Positions 50,259-59,117 of a DNA stretch of 64,000 nt are shown one piece after another; positions within the stretch are counted from its first letter, which is position 1, and each line of letters starts with the position of its first letter. This DNA comes from Minisyncoccota bacterium (GTDB lineage Bacteria; Patescibacteriota; Minisyncoccia; Phycocordibacterales; UBA9973). The notes beneath the pieces were generated by a model. It was not told the origin of the DNA and ran no database searches. It worked only from the letters and a program-made list of their open reading frames with translations. The stretch lies in the NCBI GenBank assembly GCA_041662525.1, contig JBAZSF010000001.1, positions 41,383 through 105,382 on the forward strand, written 5' to 3'. A program made the position numbers and the translations under genes.

Positions 50259-50983
50259 AAAATTTGTTTTTCCATAATAATATCCCCTCCATCAGTTTCT
50301 TGGATTGCATCAAGTATCCCTTTCCTCACAAGTTCTAGCATAGCAAGAAAACCAACAATGACAATTACTTTTTCTTCACGGGTGACTTGTTTTCCACCAC
50401 CTGTAAAATCTTTAAAATTCATCTTAATAGAATTTTGTATCCTCTCTGTTAATTTATCTATCATTTCTTCGAGACTAATAACTTTTCGTACTTCTACTTT
50501 TGGTAAAAATACCTTTTGAGGCATGGCACCTACAACATCTCGAGCAAAAACCATCATAGAATCCTTAGTGATTTGTTCGTCCGGTAAAAATACTAAAACA
50601 TTATTTTTCTTCTCTAGTGGCGCGAAAATTATTTTCTGACCAAAATTATCTTTTATATTTCCGCCAAGTTTTGTAAAAAGCTCATAAAGACGAAGTCTCT
50701 CTTCTAGATTTTTTATATCTCCCTCTTCTTCATTTGTCAGATCTAAATTTGGCAATAATGATTTTGATTTGATTAAAAGTAAAGTAGATGCCACAACAAC
50801 AAAACTTGAAATATCTGAATAATGCAATCCACCTAATTTATTCATATAATTCAAATAATCTTCAGTCACTGCAGAAAGAGACACATCACTTATATGGAGT
50901 TTTCTTTTTTCGATTAATGTTAAAAGTAAACCAAATGGCCCCTCAAAACCAGTCATTTTTATTGTATAATTTTCTGTTCCCAC
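50255..50983 (-). CDS. scpA: SMC-ScpAB subunit ScpA
   Basis: FEGP..LLL.LI, KSK.LLP, FLAMLELVR. Confidence 0.93.
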   Translation of the reverse strand: MGTENYTIKMTGFEGPFGLLLTLIEKRKLHISDVSLSAVTEDYLNYMNKLGGLHYSDISSFVVVASTLLLIKSKSLLPNLDLTNEEEGDIKNLEERLRLYELFTKLGGNIKDNFGQKIIFAPLEKKNNVLVFLPDEQITKDSMMVFARDVVGAMPQKVFLPKVEVRKVISLEEMIDKLTERIQNSIKMNFKDFTGGGKQVTREEKVIVIVGFLAMLELVRKGILDAIQETDGGDIIMEKQIL

Positions 50984-51020
50984 CTTTATATAATATAACT
51001 ATTTTTAAATTTTAGCTAAT

Positions 51021-51884
51021 TTAAGCAATTTTAATCGTTAAAAGCATTAAGCCAATAATAATAAAAATAAATGAAATAATTTTGATTAACAAATGCTTCT
51101 CGTGAAAATATTTATTTCCTGAAATAATTGCTAATAAAACAGAAAAAGCTCTTTTTCCACTGGTAATTATAGAAGCAGGAGCATAAGCATATGCAATACC
51201 TAAAATAGCTCCCCCGGCTGCATTTGAAATCGATTGAATAAAAAAATTTTTCTTCAGAAGATAAATCAGTGGATTTTCTTTAAATTTCCACATAGACATA
51301 ATAAATAAAAAAATAATTAGAAAAATATGAGTGATGATCTGTTGGGCTTCGACAGAGTTATAATGTGTAATACAGTATTTATAAATAGAGATAGTTGCCA
51401 CAGCATTAATTGTAGAAAAAATAACATATCCAATTCCTTTTTTATTGATACCATGATTAAAAAGTAAAATAATGAGACCTAAAATTATTACTGAAATTCC
51501 AAATAAATTAAAAAAGTTTATCTCATATCCTAGAATAGTGTCTACTACGAGCAAAAGTGGTATTGTGCCGATCATTAAAAATCCAAAAGTACTACGATCA
51601 GCCTCAACTATCGCATGTAATGTACTATAAGTTTGCATAATTTCTAAAATTATTAATAAGGAAAGAATTGGTATTGACGCAGGATTAAATATAAAACTAT
51701 TTTTTATAATAGCGAGAATAATAAATATAAATAAAACCCAAAAAGAATTTAAAAAACCAAAAGTATAAATATTTTCTTTTTTGTTTAAAACTTCCCACTT
51801 TCCAAAAGATGAAGATATTTCATTCAAAAAAGTCCCTACAGCAGTTAAAATTATGCCGATCATATTAGGAAATATATTCCTCAA
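51021..51884 (-). CDS. DMT/EamA-like membrane protein
   Basis: About 10 TM helices with internal duplication; true start probably near 51863. Confidence 0.6.
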   Translation of the reverse strand: MRNIFPNMIGIILTAVGTFLNEISSSFGKWEVLNKKENIYTFGFLNSFWVLFIFIILAIIKNSFIFNPASIPILSLLIILEIMQTYSTLHAIVEADRSTFGFLMIGTIPLLLVVDTILGYEINFFNLFGISVIILGLIILLFNHGINKKGIGYVIFSTINAVATISIYKYCITHYNSVEAQQIITHIFLIIFLFIMSMWKFKENPLIYLLKKNFFIQSISNAAGGAILGIAYAYAPASIITSGKRAFSVLLAIISGNKYFHEKHLLIKIISFIFIIIGLMLLTIKIA

Positions 51885-53277
51885 TAAATTTATATAAAAG
51901 TCTTACTGGGGTACCGAGGGCGCCCGTAGCTAGATTTTCCCCTGCCATAGGTGTCATCCTTGGAGCGATGTCTAAGTGCGCCCATTTTGGTATTTTCCCC
52001 TCTTCTTTTTTATTTTTAATAAATTGATATAAGAAAATTGCTCCGTAAATCGCTCCGCCGTAACGAGAATCTTTATTATGAACATTTGTGAAGTCTCCCA
52101 AAGATCCCTTTATCTCATTTTCATATTCTTCCCACATAGGTAAACGCCAAACATAATCTCCAGTTTTTTCTCCTGTTTCTTCAAGTTTTTTTGCCAATCC
52201 ATCATCATTTGTAAAAATAGCTGAAGCTCTCTCTCCGAGCGCTACTGCAGCGGCCCCAGTCAAAGTCGCAATATCTATTATCACTTCTCCATTATATTTC
52301 TCAGCATAAGTCAATGCATCTGCGAGAATCACCCTTCCTTCTGCATCAGTATTCAAAACTTCAATTGTAATGCCTGACATTGAACGAATCACATCCCCTG
52401 GTCTATAACTTTTTCCTGACGTCATATTTTCTACAGCAGGAATAAGACCAATCACATTCTTTTTTAATTTCATTTTTGCAACTAAAGCAATCGTGTGAAT
52501 CACCGCACTTCCACCGGACATATCCATATTCATACCAAGAAGTGAAGATGAAGGTTTCAAATTTATTCCCCCCGCATCAAAAGTCACTCCTTTACCGACA
52601 AGCACAATCGGCTTTTCACCTTTCTTGCCACCCCAATATTCCATAATAATAAATTTTGATTCTTCGTCTGACCCTCGTCCGACGGAAAGAATGGCTTGCA
52701 TTTTTAGATGCTCCATTTCTTTTTCCCCTAGCACAGTAACTTTGACGGGAAAATTTTTTACTGCTTCCTTCGCTTCTTTGGCTAAAATTTGTGGAGTCAT
52801 ATCACCGCCAGGCATATTGGAAAGAGAACGTGTTTTATTTACCACTTCAGCTATTACACTGCCTTTTAGAATAGCTTTTTCTGTTTCCTTACTAGCACCA
52901 GAAATAATAACTTCTTTTATAAGATTAAATCCTTCTTTTGGTGCCGTCTTGTAATAATTAAATTCATAATTGGCAAAATCAAGCTGAGAACCAATTATTT
53001 CTCCTAATTCTACATTAGAAAGTTTTATATTTTTAAATACAAGATCATTAAAATTAAAAGCTATTTTTTCTGTTTTGACGTTTTTTGCCATTACAATTAT
53101 CTTGCGTACAAGCAAAAAAAGCTTCCGTAAATTCATTTTTTCCTCCTTGTCGCATTTTAAATAAAGAGTTTTTACTCCGTTTTCCTTCACTATTTCATCT
53201 TTATTTTTAGAATGAATAGAAACAAAAAGAACCTCCCCTTTTATGTCTTTTACGTTATCTTTAAAAGTAATTTTCAT
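51865..53277 (-). CDS. pepA: Leucyl aminopeptidase (M17)
   Basis: VGKGVTFD.GG..LK, DMSG, NTDAEGR.ILAD, ATLTGA, HLDIA. Confidence 0.95.
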   Translation of the reverse strand: MKITFKDNVKDIKGEVLFVSIHSKNKDEIVKENGVKTLYLKCDKEEKMNLRKLFLLVRKIIVMAKNVKTEKIAFNFNDLVFKNIKLSNVELGEIIGSQLDFANYEFNYYKTAPKEGFNLIKEVIISGASKETEKAILKGSVIAEVVNKTRSLSNMPGGDMTPQILAKEAKEAVKNFPVKVTVLGEKEMEHLKMQAILSVGRGSDEESKFIIMEYWGGKKGEKPIVLVGKGVTFDAGGINLKPSSSLLGMNMDMSGGSAVIHTIALVAKMKLKKNVIGLIPAVENMTSGKSYRPGDVIRSMSGITIEVLNTDAEGRVILADALTYAEKYNGEVIIDIATLTGAAAVALGERASAIFTNDDGLAKKLEETGEKTGDYVWRLPMWEEYENEIKGSLGDFTNVHNKDSRYGGAIYGAIFLYQFIKNKKEEGKIPKWAHLDIAPRMTPMAGENLATGALGTPVRLLYKFIEEYIS

Positions 53278-53347
53278 TGATATATTATACACTTTTTACA
53301 GAAAAATTCAAAAAACTACTTTACGCCGAGCTTGCTCTAGCATGAAG

Positions 53348-53356
53348 TTATCCACA
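53348..53356 (+). promoter_or_regulatory. Perfect DnaA box
   Basis: TTATCCACA in the pepA/repressor intergenic region. Confidence 0.5.
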
Positions 53357-53367
53357 TCCATATTCTC

Positions 53368-53405
53368 TACTTTACTTGACTAAAGTACTTTACTTTGATA
53401 AAGTA
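53368..53405 (+). promoter_or_regulatory. Tandem 20-bp operators overlapping a sigma70 promoter
   Basis: TACTTTA-N6-TAAAGTA twice (53368-87, 53386-405), over TTGACT-17-TAAAGT-6-ATG. Confidence 0.8.
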
Positions 53406-53410
53406 GCTGT

Positions 53411-53806
53411 ATGAGTAAAGGAATGAATAAAAATACATCAATCAATACAGTTAAACTAATCCAAGAAATTGGACCAAAAATGAATTGGGGTGACAAAAAA
53501 AATAGGCAATTTGTTGAAGCTATTTTAACTTTAAAAAACACAAATGAAACTGAGCGTTTTCTGCGTGACTTGATGACTGAAAGTGAAATAAAAGAATTTG
53601 CTAATCGCCTAGAAGCTGCTCGCCTGCTCTCAATAGATATTCAATATAATGCAATTATTGAGAGCACTGGTCTTTCTTCTGCGACTATCGCTCGAATAGC
53701 AAAATGGTTAAAAGGTTCACTAGGTGGATATCGTTTAATTTTATCTCGTTTATCAAATCACCATCACAACTCTTCCAAACTTAGGAAAGGGTTGCTTTTA
53801 AGCTGA
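53411..53806 (+). CDS. TrpR-family YerC/YecD (HisR-like) repressor with C-terminal His-leader extension
   Basis: FLRDLMT..EI.....RL..A.LL...Y..I...TGLSSATIARI.KWL..S.GGY; tail SNHHHNSSKLRKGLLLS. Confidence 0.85.
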   Translation: MSKGMNKNTSINTVKLIQEIGPKMNWGDKKNRQFVEAILTLKNTNETERFLRDLMTESEIKEFANRLEAARLLSIDIQYNAIIESTGLSSATIARIAKWLKGSLGGYRLILSRLSNHHHNSSKLRKGLLLS

Positions 53807-53877
53807 TAATATTTTTGTAAATTATTTTTTGAAACTAACCCCTTCCTAAGTTTGTTTAGGAAGGGGTTTTGCGTTTT
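53759..53877 (+). promoter_or_regulatory. His-sensing attenuator embedded in the repressor 3' end
   Basis: CAC CAT CAC; 1:2 hairpin at 53767-94; 17/18 antiterminator between 53776-93 and 53837-54; 13-bp terminator at 53837-68 with U-rich tail. Confidence 0.8.
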
Positions 53878-53939
53878 CCTTTGAAACGCCATGGTTGCCC
53901 TCCATTAGGGGTAAATTTGTTCTTTGAAAGGAGAAAATT

Positions 53940-54113
53940 ATGGATGGTCGTATTTGGTGTCCTAATTGTCGTAAGTTGAATTTCGTTAAAATTTTAAAAC
54001 GAATGACAACAGAAGAAGGTGAAGAAATTTTTATTTTTAAAACAAAAACAATTAAAACAAAATACAAATGCACTACGTGTAAACACAAATGGACTGACAT
54101 AGAAAAATTTTAG
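53940..54113 (+). CDS. Zinc-ribbon microprotein (57 aa), missed by the ORF track
   Basis: SD AAAGGAG; MDGRIWCPNCRK...YKCTTCKHKWTDIEKF*; terminator follows. Confidence 0.8.
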   Translation: MDGRIWCPNCRKLNFVKILKRMTTEEGEEIFIFKTKTIKTKYKCTTCKHKWTDIEKF

Positions 54114-54136
54114 CATCGCGTCTCATAAGCGCAACA

Positions 54137-54166
54137 AAAGGGCTGCTCGTAAACGAGCAGCCCTTT
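54137..54166. terminator. Bidirectional intrinsic terminator
   Basis: AAAGGGCTGCTCG/CGAGCAGCCCTTT perfect stem. Confidence 0.85.
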
Positions 54167-54176
54167 ACTATTTTTA

Positions 54177-55097
54177 TTAAATTACGTTTTCCTGACTTTC
54201 TCGGAGTCTCGCAATTTTATAAATACTAAAGACGAGGATAATGGCAGCGAGCCATTGGGTAAAGGAAAGTACAGTATGGTTTACAATAAAATCCAATAGG
54301 ATAGCTACGAAAGGAAAAGTTAATTCTAAAATAGTAGAAATATGAACTGGGGTTTTTGCTAATCCTTTATAATAAATAAGCAAGGCAACCATACCCGTAG
54401 AAACAGCTATAAGTGCTAAAAGACTGAATTGAGAGAGGGTTGGTACCGCCAAAACGCCACCACTTCGGCCAAACAAAATCAGCAAAGGCAGAGCAATAAT
54501 TAATGTAAATAAAAATCTATAAAAAGTACTGACTTTAAAGTCTACTTTTCCTAAAAGCATTTTGGAAAATGTGGTAGAAGAGCCCCAAGCGAATGCTGCG
54601 CCTAGCGCATATAGTGCAGCAATTATTGTCCCCTCTCCAGTTTGTAAATTTACAACACCATTAGAAAAGGTAACGAAGTATGCAGAAATTATTGCGAGCA
54701 ATGCCCACTTTATATATCTTTTATCAAATTTTTCTTTCAAGAAAATCGTAGCGGTAGTGATAGCAAATATTGGCTGAAGTTTTTGCAAAAGAAATACTAC
54801 GGAGATGGTGATGAAATGGACCTTCCCCAGAGCTGTCGTAAACCAAAGCGTGCCTAAGAGTCCACTCAAAAATGCTATTAAAACAATGAGCCACCATTCT
54901 CGTGAGGTGAGCTTGGTTTGTAAAATATATTTAAAAACAAATGGAGATAGAATAATCAAACCAATCAAATGCTCGAAGAAAATAATAGTAATCGGTGGCA
55001 GAGAATACAAATGCTGGCGGATAAGCCCGTCAAAAGCCCACAAGGTCGCAGCAATAAGAATAAAAACAGGACCGCTATATTTAAAATCTTTTAACAT
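54177..55097 (-). CDS. DMT/EamA family transporter
   Basis: AA.LW, two EamA repeats, 10 TM. Confidence 0.85.
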   Translation of the reverse strand: MLKDFKYSGPVFILIAATLWAFDGLIRQHLYSLPPITIIFFEHLIGLIILSPFVFKYILQTKLTSREWWLIVLIAFLSGLLGTLWFTTALGKVHFITISVVFLLQKLQPIFAITTATIFLKEKFDKRYIKWALLAIISAYFVTFSNGVVNLQTGEGTIIAALYALGAAFAWGSSTTFSKMLLGKVDFKVSTFYRFLFTLIIALPLLILFGRSGGVLAVPTLSQFSLLALIAVSTGMVALLIYYKGLAKTPVHISTILELTFPFVAILLDFIVNHTVLSFTQWLAAIILVFSIYKIARLRESQENVI

Positions 55098-55420
55098 AAA
55101 TTTATATCTTTTTTTATTTGATTAATTAATTCTTCTTCCGTATCAAAATGTTTATATTCTCTCAAAAATTTTTTAATTATGAGTTTTACCTCTTTCCCAT
55201 AAGCATCTCCATCATAACCTATTAAATGTGCGTCAATTTTATTATTAGGTCCTATTGCAATGCCAGCTCGGTATAAAACATTATCTAAAAACGCTTCACC
55301 AGCATATACCCCAACTGGTGGAAATTCTTTTAATTGTGTTTCTAGGTTCACTGTTGGGAAACCAAGCTTCTTTCCATACCCATCACCTTTGATTACTTTT
55401 CCGGAAATTATATATTGCAT
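55091..55420 (-). CDS. Monofunctional riboflavin kinase domain protein
   Basis: G.VI.GDG.G..LGFPT.N, GVY, YG, FLRE...F....L..QI..DI. Confidence 0.88.
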   Translation of the reverse strand: MQYIISGKVIKGDGYGKKLGFPTVNLETQLKEFPPVGVYAGEAFLDNVLYRAGIAIGPNNKIDAHLIGYDGDAYGKEVKLIIKKFLREYKHFDTEEELINQIKKDINLC

Positions 55421-55433
55421 TAAATTTTATTTT

Positions 55434-56783
55434 TTAAAATCCTTCTTCGTTCAACCTTTCATCTATTCTATTCATGTCTCTAGGAAACATACATGCTTCA
55501 CGAATATTTTTAAGTCCCAAAAGTTGCATAGTTATGCGCTCTGCTCCAAAAGAAAATCCTCCTTCTGGTGGAACCCCATATTTAAAAGCTTCAAGAAACA
55601 TTTTAATTTTATTTGGATCCATTTCCCAAAGTTTTACATGTTCGACAAGTTGTTCATAATTATTTATTCTGCGTCCACCAGAGAGCCATTCCACTCCACG
55701 ACATATCAGATCCATGCCTTCATTGTATTCTGGTTCGTCTGGATTTGGATAAACATAAAATGGTTTTTTGCGCGTAGGATATCCATAAATAAAAACGAAA
55801 TCGGAACCTGTCTCTTCTTTAATTATTTCAGAAATTTCTCTTTCATCTTGCGGATTGGTATCTTTTTCTCCTCGAACATCGCGACCAGATTTTTCAAAAA
55901 TTTTCTGTTGGACTTCTCTCAAAGAGAGAGACGGGGTTTTATCTAACATTATTGGAAGTGTAACATTCAATAATTTCAAATGTTCAGCATTTTTTATCTC
56001 TACTTGTTTTAAAATATATTTAAAAGTTTCTTCCGCCACGTCGCGTACATCAGTCCATGATTCTATAAAACCCATTTCAGCGTCTAGGCAAACAATCTCT
56101 GTCAAATGTCTGGTGGTCGATGAAGGCTCCGCGCGAAAAACCTTATTTACTGTAAAGCATCTCTCAAAAGCGGACATCACAATTTGCTTATAAAGTTGCG
56201 GGGATTGAGACAAATAAGCTTTCTTTCCGAAATAATCAAACTGAAAAACTTCTGCCCCACCCTCAGCCGCCGCCGGAGTGATGGAAGGCGCTTGAAATTC
56301 AAAAAACATATTTTGTTTCATAAATTCTCTAAAAGAATCAATAATCGTTTCTTGGATTTTAAAAATTGCTTGCACTTTTGGCTGTCTTAAAACCAATGCT
56401 CTATTGTCTAATTCGGTGGTAAGTTCTAAGTTATATCCATCAAGCGACATATCAAAAGGAAGCGCTTCTGCTTTTGCTAATACTTCAATCCCTACCACTT
56501 CCATCTCTACTTCCCCATTCAAAACTCCCGCTTTTATATTTTTTTCTGGACGTTTATTTACAATACCGGTAATTTTTAAAACCCATTCAGGACGAATTGT
56601 TTTTGCTACTTCTATCGCCTCAATATGGTTTGGTAAAGTAACACACTGCACTCGTCCAGTCATGTCTCGCATATCAAAAAAAACCATCTTCCCTTGATCC
56701 CGCCTGACATCTACCCAGCCGGCAATAATTATTTCCTTGCCAATATGATCTTTTAAATCTTTAATATATACTCGATTTTGCAT
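55434..56783 (-). CDS. aspS: Aspartate-tRNA(Asp/Asn) ligase, non-discriminating archaeal-type
   Basis: AEGGAEVF, LSQSPQLYKQ, FRAEPS.T.RHL.E, YGVPP.GG...G.ER. Confidence 0.9.
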   Translation of the reverse strand: MQNRVYIKDLKDHIGKEIIIAGWVDVRRDQGKMVFFDMRDMTGRVQCVTLPNHIEAIEVAKTIRPEWVLKITGIVNKRPEKNIKAGVLNGEVEMEVVGIEVLAKAEALPFDMSLDGYNLELTTELDNRALVLRQPKVQAIFKIQETIIDSFREFMKQNMFFEFQAPSITPAAAEGGAEVFQFDYFGKKAYLSQSPQLYKQIVMSAFERCFTVNKVFRAEPSSTTRHLTEIVCLDAEMGFIESWTDVRDVAEETFKYILKQVEIKNAEHLKLLNVTLPIMLDKTPSLSLREVQQKIFEKSGRDVRGEKDTNPQDEREISEIIKEETGSDFVFIYGYPTRKKPFYVYPNPDEPEYNEGMDLICRGVEWLSGGRRINNYEQLVEHVKLWEMDPNKIKMFLEAFKYGVPPEGGFSFGAERITMQLLGLKNIREACMFPRDMNRIDERLNEEGF

Positions 56784-56808
56784 AAAATTATTCTAACATA
56801 AATGACTT

Positions 56809-57828
56809 CTATTTCCCATTATGCCAAAGCTCGGTGACAGAATTGCCATTGTGTAAATTATCTATTACTTGCGCAATTAATTTCGCCGTAGAAATTACTT
56901 CCAAATTTTTTATTTTTTTTCGTACCTCTTCTCCTAGACAAGAATCCGTAAACCAAATACCAGAAAAATCTGCTTTGTTTAAATTCTCTATCGCATTACC
57001 AGAAAGCACAGCATGAGTGGTTGTAAAATAAACATCTTTTGCTCCGTTTTCTTTTAAAGTTTTGAGGGCTTTGATAGCTGTCCCACAAGTATCAGCCATA
57101 TCGTCCGGCATGATTATATTATATCCCCTCGGGTCCCCAATCACTTCCATGATTTCATTATGATTAGCTTTTTTAGGATCGCGAAATTTATTTATAATTA
57201 CAATATTGCCCGGAATTCCGAGTTGTTGCGCTAATCTTCTACAAGAAGGTGCCGCTCCTAAATCAGGCGCAACAATTTTAAATTTCTTCAAATCAAATTT
57301 CTTTGAACGAATGTGATTTAAAATAAGCGAATCTGTATTCACGTCCACCATAGGAATGGTTAGGGCGTGAGCGTTGTAGCTCGAAGGATTATGTAATTTC
57401 AAAACTACTATTCTGTGTGCCCCCGCCATCTGAAACCGCATTGGAATTTTTTGGGAAAGTACTGGCTCTCTGTGATTAGAAGATTCATCTTGTCTGGCAT
57501 AAGGCAAACATGGCATGACTACTGTTACTCGAAAAGGTTCGCCTTGTTTTAGAGCGAGAATCAAAGACTCGCATTCATCTAAATCATAAGAAAGTTTTTC
57601 TTTCTCGCCAAAACGAGGCTGGGAAATTATATAGACATCTCTATCTCGGACGGACTCTGTGTGATGCACTAAAAATTCTCCATTGCTGAATATTTTGTAA
57701 AAAAAGGGGTCTAATTTAGTTTTTAATAATTTAGCGACTTTTAAGGCAAGATCTTGATGGGTACCGCTAGCGTTTCCAAATAATTTTAAAGGGTAAGGGT
57801 TAAGGTTTGTCTGTTTTTGATTTTTCAT
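56809..57828 (-). CDS. prs: Ribose-phosphate pyrophosphokinase
   Basis: FSNGE, ESVR, PYARQD, APDLG, DDMADTCGT, THAVLSG. Confidence 0.93.
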   Translation of the reverse strand: MKNQKQTNLNPYPLKLFGNASGTHQDLALKVAKLLKTKLDPFFYKIFSNGEFLVHHTESVRDRDVYIISQPRFGEKEKLSYDLDECESLILALKQGEPFRVTVVMPCLPYARQDESSNHREPVLSQKIPMRFQMAGAHRIVVLKLHNPSSYNAHALTIPMVDVNTDSLILNHIRSKKFDLKKFKIVAPDLGAAPSCRRLAQQLGIPGNIVIINKFRDPKKANHNEIMEVIGDPRGYNIIMPDDMADTCGTAIKALKTLKENGAKDVYFTTTHAVLSGNAIENLNKADFSGIWFTDSCLGEEVRKKIKNLEVISTAKLIAQVIDNLHNGNSVTELWHNGK

Positions 57829-57890
57829 TACAAAAGTATTTTATCATAAGGATAAATAAAACAAAAACTTGCAAAAATACCGACGAGGAC

Positions 57891-57923
57891 TTGACCCCGT
57901 CGCTCGCGAGCGATGGGGTTGAC
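57891..57923. repeat. CCCG...GGG palindromic insert flanked by TTGAC direct repeats
   Basis: TTGAC-CCCGTCGCTCGCGAGCGATGGGG-TTGAC. Confidence 0.7.
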
Positions 57924-57953
57924 TTAAAAAAATTTTCATATATTATATTCTTA

Positions 57954-58031
57954 ATGCAATCAAATATAGGTTTTAACAATTATTTCTTCTTTTTTAGCTT
58001 CTGGACCAAAGGTTCCAGAGTTCATTTCTGA
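57954..58031 (+). CDS. Putative Phe-rich leader peptide (25 aa)
   Basis: MQSNIGFNNYFFFFSFWTKGSRVHF*; promoter TTGACT-16-TATTAT upstream and terminator downstream. Confidence 0.7.
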   Translation: MQSNIGFNNYFFFFSFWTKGSRVHF

Positions 58032-58068
58032 TATTGTTAAAATCATTCTAAACAAACATAACAATACA

Positions 58069-58103
58069 AGAAACGAGCCCTGGAACGGGCTCGTTTCTCT
58101 TTT
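58069..58103 (+). terminator. Attenuator-type terminator after the Phe leader
   Basis: AGAAACGAGCCC/GGGCTCGTTTCT 12-bp stem plus CTTTT. Confidence 0.75.
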
Positions 58104-58184
58104 CAAGAGGAAATTTTCTTTGAAATCAAAATAAAAACAGCTATCTTTGATAGTTGAAAAGATAGAGAGAAAGGAGAAAGGAAA

Positions 58185-58613
58185 ATGACTCAAAAAGAAA
58201 AACAAAAAATAGTTTTTCGTAGTCTTCATGTGAATTTTGGCGACATGGTCGTCACTATTCACGAAATGAGTAGAGGGGGTGTCCTCTACTATTTTTTCAA
58301 CAATTTCGGAAGGTTTAAAGAAATATCTTTTCCGTCAGAAGAAGAGGTAGAGGAATTTTGTCAGGAACACCCTGATAAATTAGCTCCTAAGCTTTTTTCA
58401 ACCTTTTTTCTGTGCAAAAGAGAAAAAAGGTTTATCGTTATTAGGGTGGTAGTAAAAGATTTCCAAAAAATTGATCTGGAGGAGATTTCTCTAAGATCAA
58501 AGGAAGAATGGAGCCCTTGGCATAGGGTGGTAGTAGTGGTGCCACCAAAGAAATCTACAAAACAACAAACAGCTGTATTAGTAGCTACAAAAAACAAAGG
58601 GGGTAGTAAATAA
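58185..58613 (+). CDS. Hypothetical protein, tandem paralogue A
   Basis: SD AAGGAG/AAGGA; FC..HP.KLA...TFFLCK...VIR...EWSP.H.VVVV.PP shared with the next gene. Confidence 0.7.
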   Translation: MTQKEKQKIVFRSLHVNFGDMVVTIHEMSRGGVLYYFFNNFGRFKEISFPSEEEVEEFCQEHPDKLAPKLFSTFFLCKREKRFIVIRVVVKDFQKIDLEEISLRSKEEWSPWHRVVVVVPPKKSTKQQTAVLVATKNKGGSK

Positions 58614-58614
58614 A

Positions 58615-59061
58615 ATGAAGAAAAAAGATAATTTTTATTTTTCAAAGGTAGGGTCGTTACTTGCAGTTAGAAAAAATAGCGTGCTTCGTAAAGCATACGA
58701 GAATTTATTCAACAGAAGTCCGCAAGTTATTTTTCGTGACCAGCATGTAGCTGGTTACGAAATGAGAGAAAGAGGCACTCTCGAAAATTTTTTCTCTAGC
58801 CTTGATCTCGGAAAAATTGAAAACCTTTGTTTCGAATTACGAAGCGAGATTGACGATTTTTGTCGAGACCACCCCAACAAATTGGCGAGGAATCGTCGTT
58901 ACACTTTTTTCCTCTGCAAAGAGGGGGGAAGTATAACAGTCATTCGCATCTGCGTGAATGACTACTCAGAACTCATTATTGATGAGTTTCCTATAAATTA
59001 TGGACTTGAGTGGAGTCCGTTGCATTGGGTGGTTGTTGTATTACCGCCCGAAAAGAAATAG
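58615..59061 (+). CDS. Hypothetical protein, tandem paralogue B
   Basis: Shares the motifs above; starts 1 nt after paralogue A. Confidence 0.7.
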   Translation: MKKKDNFYFSKVGSLLAVRKNSVLRKAYENLFNRSPQVIFRDQHVAGYEMRERGTLENFFSSLDLGKIENLCFELRSEIDDFCRDHPNKLARNRRYTFFLCKEGGSITVIRICVNDYSELIIDEFPINYGLEWSPLHWVVVVLPPEKK

Positions 59062-59080
59062 AAATATCGCTTTATCAATC

Positions 59081-59115
59081 ATGCCGCCCAGAGGTCTTCG
59101 ACCAAAAGGCGGCAT
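59081..59115. terminator. Hairpin between convergent transcription units
   Basis: ATGCCGCC...GGCGGCAT with internal GGTC-TTC-GACC. Confidence 0.55.
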
Positions 59116-59117
59116 TC

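Noticed and set aside
53846-54100. 84-aa minus-strand ORF from the track
   Set aside because: Shadow of the plus-strand SD-led Zn-ribbon ORF 53940-54113 and the attenuator
55260-55946. 228-aa plus-strand ORF and many other antisense ORFs in the track
   Set aside because: Antisense shadows of well-supported genes such as aspS, pur genes and ctpA
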